64,000 nucleotides of DNA from an uncultured Planctomycetota bacterium (GTDB lineage Bacteria; Planctomycetota; Planctomycetia; Isosphaerales; Isosphaeraceae), in the NCBI GenBank assembly GCA_963823665.1, contig CAWGMQ010000005.1, positions 1,280,001 to 1,344,000 on the forward strand. The letters are read 5' to 3'. A program made the translations under genes and the position numbers. The notes beneath the pieces were generated by a model. It did not search any database and had not been told where the DNA came from. It worked only from the letters and a program-made list of their open reading frames with translations. This document shows, one piece after another, positions 58,895 through 64,000 of this stretch. The first letter of the stretch is position 1; every line of letters begins with the position of its first letter.

Positions 58895-59763
58895 ATGGCT
58901 ACGGACTTCCTGGTCTCGACCGACTGGCTGGCCGAGCACCTGCGCGACCCGAACGTCCGCGTGGCCGACATCCGGGGATTCGTGACGACCAGGCCGGTGG
59001 CGGCGGGCGTTGAGCAGGCGACTTATCGAGGGGCGCAGAGGAATACCTGGCGTCGCACATTCCCAGGGCGGTGTTCATCGACTGGACGACCGACGTCACG
59101 GACCCAGATGATTCGGTGCCGGCTCAGATCGCGCCGCCGGCGAGGTTTGCCGAGGCGATGGCCGTGCGCGGGATTGATGACACCACGACGGTGATCGCCG
59201 TGGACCACGCGGGCGGACAGTTCGCGACGCGGCTCTGGTGGGCGTTGCGCTATTATGGTCATGACAATGTCGCGGTCTTAGACGGCGGCTGGAATCGCTG
59301 GGTCGATGAAGGGCGCGAAGTCGAGGCTGGGGAGGTGTCGAACGCTCGTGCGGCATTCACGCCTCGAGTCCGTCCGGGGCTGCGCAAGACGGCTGACGAG
59401 GTTCTGGCGCTTTTGAAAGATCCCGATCGAGGCACGGTGATCGTGGATGCTCGCGATCCGGGGCAGTATTCCGGGGCGCGCCGGCGAGGAGCGCGGGGCG
59501 GGCATATTCCAGGTGCGATCAATGTTCCGCGTGAGCTGTTTTTTGCGCCTGGGGGTGGGTTCCTGCCGCTCGAGGAGATTCGCCGGCGGGTTGAGGAGCA
59601 TGGTTTGACATCGGGCGGGAAGACGGTGGCGTATTGCAACGGCGGAGTCGCGGCCACGGTGGTGCTTTTCAACTTGGCCCGGCTGGGGTTTCACGACCTG
59701 GCGAATTACGACGGGTCTTGGAACGAGTGGGGGGAGCGGCTGGATTTGCCGGTTGAGGCGTGA
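58895..59763 (+). CDS. Two-domain rhodanese/3-mercaptopyruvate sulfurtransferase; frameshift near 59036
   Basis: LVSTDWLAEHL, (Y..SHIP.A), VLDGGW, GHIPGA, YCNGGVAA, YDGSWNEW. Confidence 0.92.
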
Positions 59764-59793
59764 AGCGCCACACGGGATCGCCAAATTGGGGAG

Positions 59794-60252
59794 ATGATGA
59801 ACGGCGCCGCATTGCCTACATTGACAGATGAGGGGAATCTTCCGCCTGGCGTGCATCAGGCGACACTGTCGGAAGTTCTCGAACGATTCGGCAAAGGGTC
59901 ACTCCAGCGTTGTGCGGTTGCCGATCGGCTGAGCCGCATTTACGAACTGGCGTCATCGACAGGGCAGTTGGCCCGTTTCGTCGTTTTTGGGTCGTTCGTC
60001 ACCGTGGGGGCCGAACCAAACGACGTTGACATCGTCCTGCTGATGGAGGATACCTTCGACCTGGATTCTATTGCCGATGAGGCTGCTTTGTTGTTTCAGC
60101 ACATGGAAGCGGATGCTTATTTTGGGGCGAGCGTGTTCTGGACCAAGCGTTCTGGGGCTCTTGGTGGCGAGCAGGCCATGATAGAATATTGGCAGACCCG
60201 GCGCGACGGCGGCCTACGGGGCATTGTCGAGATTGTGGGAGAAGAATCATGA
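59794..60252 (+). CDS. DUF6932-like minimal nucleotidyltransferase
   Basis: GNLPPGVH, VFGSFVT...PNDVD (GS...DxD motif). Confidence 0.75.
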   Translation: MMNGAALPTLTDEGNLPPGVHQATLSEVLERFGKGSLQRCAVADRLSRIYELASSTGQLARFVVFGSFVTVGAEPNDVDIVLLMEDTFDLDSIADEAALLFQHMEADAYFGASVFWTKRSGALGGEQAMIEYWQTRRDGGLRGIVEIVGEES

Positions 60253-60500
60253 TTGCGAATGAGCAGCAACTCCAAACGACTTTGGATCGCATCACGCGGT
60301 TCCAACAACAGCTAGCCCATCTCCGTAAGACCGAGGCGAACCCTGTCAACTACCGCGCCGCGGCATCGGGATTTCTAGCTGACGTCGACCGCATGCAACT
60401 TGAAGTGCGAGAGTACTTCAGTCACCTTCCAACCGAGACCGTGCGAGTCTCCGAAGCGGGCGCTACGGCAGACGGCGGCCGCGTTGTTGGCGTGGTGTAA
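60249..60500 (+). CDS. Small helical partner protein of the nucleotidyltransferase (TA-like pair)
   Basis: ATGA overlap; MIANEQQLQTTLDRI...DRMQLEVREYF. Confidence 0.65.
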   Translation: MIANEQQLQTTLDRITRFQQQLAHLRKTEANPVNYRAAASGFLADVDRMQLEVREYFSHLPTETVRVSEAGATADGGRVVGVV

Positions 60501-60562
60501 CTTCACAACGTTCGGCGCGACCGCCGCGACCGGGGAACCATGGACGTGCGGGAGATCGAGCA

Positions 60563-61813
60563 ATGATTGCTCACGATCGCAAAAAGGCATGTACGACGGC
60601 TCTCTTCGTCATTTTTTTGCTTTTTGTGATCAACCAATCGGGATTCGGTGTAGATAAAGTGCTCGAGCTGAGGAGCCGGGAGTGGGCGGAAAAAGCAAAC
60701 TTCCCTCCATACCCGAGCGCCATTCTTACCATCGCGTGCTCGTCCGACGGAAGCAGGGTTGCGATCGGCACTCGACCGCTGGAGCGACTCGATAATGAAA
60801 GTATCTATGATTTTGTCGGGCCGTTATGGGGAAAGGTCGTTACCTTGGCACGGACCGGCGGAGGTCATTTCTCGCTGCTGAAGAGCCTTCCATGTTCTGC
60901 GCAGTTGAACGACGAAGACTGCGGAGGAAATCCAACGGATCTGTTTCTTCTCGGAAGGAATGATCTCGTTGCGGTCTTGGATCGCGGTGGACTCGAGCCC
61001 AGGTCTGTTGTCGAATTTCGAAAAGCGGACTCCGGTCAATTGATTCGAAGGTTGCTTCCACCAGGGGATTTTGAGTCAGGTGTTTGCTTTTCGGCGGAGA
61101 GCCGGTTGATTGCGTGGGGATGCCGCGGGGGTCGCGTGCGGGTTTGCTCGTTTCCCGGGAGTGAGGAAATTCGGGTCTTCACGAGCGAGACCGGGCACTC
61201 GGAGCGGATCGATTTTAGTGCCGATGGAAAGGGACTCGCGATTCAAACGTCAGGCTACTCGGATGCGCATGGCCTCTACAGACTGCACAACATCGATAGA
61301 GCCTTGGTGACCACGACACTCGCCGGTGGATCATCGAGTCGAACCTCGATTCGGGCATTCTCGCCTGACGGTAAGTCGTTCGCAAACGTTGACGTTTCGC
61401 GGAATGTCGATTTATGGGACTTGGGTACAACCAAGAGGCGCGAGATGACTTCGATGAAGAATCAACTGCGTTTCTGCCTGATCTTCTCACCAGATGGCAA
61501 ATTGCTGATCTGCGGAGGAGCCGTTCACCAGCCGGATGCGGTTTCTCCGGTTCGGAAGGCGTTTGGTCTGAGTGCTCCAAGCCGGCGATCGCCTGGGAAA
61601 TACTTGGCGGAAATCGAAGTGTGGGATGTTCAGACCGGCAAGTTGATCGACGAGATCAGGGATTCGCGCCTGGGGGCGGTCAGTTCCTTTGCGTTTCTCA
61701 ATGACCGCAAGACGCTCATTGCCGGGGACCTCGACGGGAATGTTTGGTTCCTTGACTATCGGCAGAGCGCGAAAGCGTTCGCGCCGGCGAGCAAGGGAAA
61801 AACGTCGGGCTAA
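60563..61813 (+). CDS. Secreted WD40 beta-propeller protein
   Basis: N-terminal hydrophobic segment; FSADGK, FSPDGK x2, VWDVQTGK, GDLDGNVWFLD. Confidence 0.8.
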   Translation: MIAHDRKKACTTALFVIFLLFVINQSGFGVDKVLELRSREWAEKANFPPYPSAILTIACSSDGSRVAIGTRPLERLDNESIYDFVGPLWGKVVTLARTGGGHFSLLKSLPCSAQLNDEDCGGNPTDLFLLGRNDLVAVLDRGGLEPRSVVEFRKADSGQLIRRLLPPGDFESGVCFSAESRLIAWGCRGGRVRVCSFPGSEEIRVFTSETGHSERIDFSADGKGLAIQTSGYSDAHGLYRLHNIDRALVTTTLAGGSSSRTSIRAFSPDGKSFANVDVSRNVDLWDLGTTKRREMTSMKNQLRFCLIFSPDGKLLICGGAVHQPDAVSPVRKAFGLSAPSRRSPGKYLAEIEVWDVQTGKLIDEIRDSRLGAVSSFAFLNDRKTLIAGDLDGNVWFLDYRQSAKAFAPASKGKTSG

Positions 61814-61816
61814 AGA

Positions 61817-61880
61817 AACCACGACTGGGCGTGGAACGAGTGGGGTGAGCGACTGGATGGATTTGCGGGTTGAGCCGTGA
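61817..61880 (+). repeat. Degenerate direct copy of the sulfurtransferase 3' end (59704-59763)
   Basis: aaccacgactgggcgTGGAACGAGTGGGGtGAGCGaCTGGA(tgga)TTTGCgGGTTGAGcCGTGA versus aattacgacgggtctTGGAACGAGTGGGGGGAGCGGCTGGATTTGCCGGTTGAGGCGTGA. Confidence 0.85.
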
Positions 61881-62065
61881 GGGCCCGCCGGAGCGCCGGA
61901 AATATGGGCCTGTGCGACCAGCGCCTCCCGAAGCACGGGATTGGTGCCCGGCGCGGAAGCAAGTCGAAGGGTATCGGAGTTCACGAGCGCGGCGATGCGC
62001 AGTGCCAGACCGAGGTTGATCCACTGAGGAACGGGTCGGAAACTACTTCCGCCGATTCGCGTTAT

Positions 62066-62480
62066 GCGCACCGCGGAGCGGGAGAACGTTCCGACGCAGA
62101 GCGTCGGAACGAGGGCTTTCCTTCGATGCGCGTCAAGCGCGCCGCGGAGCGGGAGAACGTTCCGACGCAGAGCGTCGGAACGAGGGCTTTCCTTCGATGC
62201 GCGTCAAGCGCGCCGCGGAGCGGGAGAACGTTCCGACGCAGAGCGTCGGAACGAGGGCTTTCCTTCGATGCGCGTCAAGCGCGCCGCGGAGCGGGAGAAC
62301 GTTCCGACGCAGAGCGTCGGAACGAGGGCTTTCCTTCGATGCGCGTCAAGCGCGCCGTGGAGCGGGAGAACGTTCCGACGCAGAGCGTCGGAACGAGGGC
62401 TTTCCTTCGATGCGCGTCAAGCGCACCGCGGAGCGGGAGAACGTTCCGACGCAGAGCGTCGGAACGAGGGCTTTCCTTCG
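62066..62480. repeat. Tandem array, 5.85 x 71 bp, each unit with a REP palindrome
   Basis: Units start at 62066, 62137, 62208, 62279, 62350, 62421. Core CGTTCCGACGC-AGA-GCGTCGGAACG(AG). Units differ only by isolated substitutions. Confidence 0.97.
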
Positions 62481-62597
62481 TGGTGGGGTGATGCCGAAAT
62501 CGGGAAGTTAATGCCGGCCTCTTCCTGAGTTCTCTTGTAGAGCCCGGCGACTCTATTTATCGACGTGGCAGAACGGCTTCCAGAGCAGATCTGCGCG

Positions 62598-62662
62598 GTG
62601 GGTCAGGCTTTTAGTCTGTCATCCCAAGTGCCTCAATGCGGCAGGCTGAAAGCTTGACTTAC
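62598..62662. repeat. Inverted GTAG-like REP pair (degenerate)
   Basis: GTGGGTCAGGCTTTTAGTCTGTC ... GGCAGGCTGAAAGCTTGACTTAC. Confidence 0.65.
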
Positions 62663-62835
62663 AACCCGACCGTCGACCGCGAAAAAACTTCTGCCGGTTT
62701 TTCGCCCCGATTGCAACTCGGATAACAGGCGACGCTCTTCCTCGACCCGGGTCGGCGTTCCGCACTGAAGGCATCGCCCCATTCTGTCGGAACCGAAACT
62801 GCTTCATCTCAGTAACTTAGGGAAGAGCCGGACAA

Positions 62836-63744
62836 ATGAAACGCACACGAACCGATCTTGTGAACGAATCGGAACGACCGACTTGCCTGTTTGCCATCAA
62901 CGACAGAACCCTTCTGACGGCAGCGGAGGAATGCAGGTTGGCCGAGTCGATTGCTCAAGACGATTCGAATGCGCTGAACCGGCTGGTTGAAGCGAATCTT
63001 CGACTGGTCGTGAAGGTCGCCAAGGATTATGTGGGGAAGGGAATGACGCTTGACGACTTGATCGGCGAGGGGAATCTCGGGCTGATCCGCGCCGCGCAGA
63101 AGTTCGATCCTCGTTTTGGAGTGCGGTTTGGAACGTACGCGGTTTACTGGATCAAGCAATCGATCCGGCTGGCACTTTCGACGTCGACGGCGATGATTCG
63201 GCTGCCCAATCATATCCTGGGAATGATGAACAAATGGCGGAAGGCGGAACGTGCTCTGAGCGTCGAGTTAGCTCGGGCGCCCACGTTCGATGAAGTGGCG
63301 GCGGCGCTGGGCCTGAGCGAATCTCAGAAACGGCTCCTGCTCGAAGCGCAGCGTGCCCGACAAATCAAGCTCGAAAGCACCGTGGCTCCGGAGTCGGGCC
63401 GATGGTCATCGCTCCTTTCATGCGACTCTTCGGCTCAGACTGGCGTGGGAGTCGACCTGGAAGACGAGTTTCCATTACGTTCCCGTCTGGAGTGTCTGGA
63501 CGGCCGGGAACGAATGGTCTTGTCATCGCGATATGGGCTGGATAACGAGCCACCCCTGACACTTCGGGAGATCGGGCATCGGCTGGGTGTGACCAGGGAG
63601 TGGGTGCGAAAAATCGAGCTCAGGGCGGTTAGCAAGCTACGTGGCGAGCCGCGCAGAAAGCCGGGTAGACCGAGGCGTACGTCGAGCACGCCGAGCGCAA
63701 GACTGAGCGCGACGAGCGACTGTGGGAGACGAGCCGAGCACTAG
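62836..63744 (+). CDS. Sigma-70 family factor (RpoD/RpoS-like, no region 1.1)
   Basis: LLTAAEE, LVEANLRLVVKVAK.Y, DLIGEGNLGLIRA..KFDP, TYAVYWIKQSI, TLREIG..LGVTREWVRKIE. Confidence 0.93.
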   Translation: MKRTRTDLVNESERPTCLFAINDRTLLTAAEECRLAESIAQDDSNALNRLVEANLRLVVKVAKDYVGKGMTLDDLIGEGNLGLIRAAQKFDPRFGVRFGTYAVYWIKQSIRLALSTSTAMIRLPNHILGMMNKWRKAERALSVELARAPTFDEVAAALGLSESQKRLLLEAQRARQIKLESTVAPESGRWSSLLSCDSSAQTGVGVDLEDEFPLRSRLECLDGRERMVLSSRYGLDNEPPLTLREIGHRLGVTREWVRKIELRAVSKLRGEPRRKPGRPRRTSSTPSARLSATSDCGRRAEH

Positions 63745-64000
63745 ATCCAGCCTGGGTTGACGTTCAGCCGCGCAAAGCAAGCGACGATCGGTCAGCGATC
63801 GCGTCGCGCCTTGAGCGCTGCCGGTGTGCGGAGGCATTGATCTCGATCTCGGTGTGAATCTCCATCATGCGGTGACATGCTCGCTCACGCGAACTCACGT
63901 CCCTCCGGAACACCGGGCACTGAAATCCAGACACTGATATAATCTCGACGAGCCCCTGACTGGTGAGTTTGACCGGCATTGGGAGAAAGGATAACCGACC

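Noticed and set aside
392..59763. Programmed frameshifting or true pseudogenisation of DUF58, EboF-like, ACAD, pabC-like, Nif3 and sulfurtransferase genes
   Set aside because: No slippery heptamers and no additional decay; single small indels in GC-rich contexts are better explained as sequencing error, though this cannot be proven here.
62066..62480. CRISPR array
   Set aside because: The sequences between palindromes are identical rather than unique spacers, and no cas genes are present in the window.
61877..62528. Repeat-protein ORFs 61877..62491, 62064..62528 and 62197..62511
   Set aside because: The frames are open only because the 71-bp REP unit lacks plus-strand stops; the period is not a multiple of 3 and there is no protein-like signal.
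63764..64000. Possible gene at the right edge
   Set aside because: Only short ORFs without recognisable motifs; cannot be supported.
1..64000. tRNA, rRNA, riboswitch, integron attC array or prophage
   Set aside because: None recognised by eye; no integrase or phage structural genes. An Infernal/tRNAscan/IntegronFinder run would be needed to exclude them formally.

Overview
High-GC bacterial chromosome segment, very probably from a planctomycete of the Isosphaeraceae type. Signs: a planctomycete 'ESLERRTLLA' export motif, an ECF sigma/Ser-Thr kinase-WD40 pair, two DUF4058 genes, DUF4159, MoxR/DUF58 and planctomycete-type REP palindromes. The left half (1-31 kb) is accessory: a MoxR/DUF58 operon surrounded by four paralogues of an unnamed secreted family with an internal two-fold repeat, a GT-C glycosyltransferase fusion, a 2569-aa surface protein carrying an alpha/beta-hydrolase domain, the ECF-STK pair, a complete IS701-family element (17-bp TIRs, 5-bp target duplication), LRR and WD40 proteins, and small membrane genes. 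The right half is mostly metabolic (EboF-like phosphodiesterase, Gfo/Idh/MocA, FabD-like/ACAD/fadB/fadA, ugd, pabB, pabC-like, Nif3, sulfurtransferase, sigma-70) and is interrupted by small islets. The most unusual signals are: (i) three diverged, shortened same-strand copies of nearby genes (LRR cassette, acyl-CoA dehydrogenase, sulfurtransferase 3' end) sitting next to accessory DNA; (ii) REP palindromes amplified in ~70-bp tandem units, including a 5.85 x 71-bp array; (iii) about ten frameshifts in otherwise intact genes, mostly at GCGC, probably long-read errors. I found no rRNA, tRNA, CRISPR array, reverse transcriptase or integrase. All family names come from motif recognition by eye, not from database searches.
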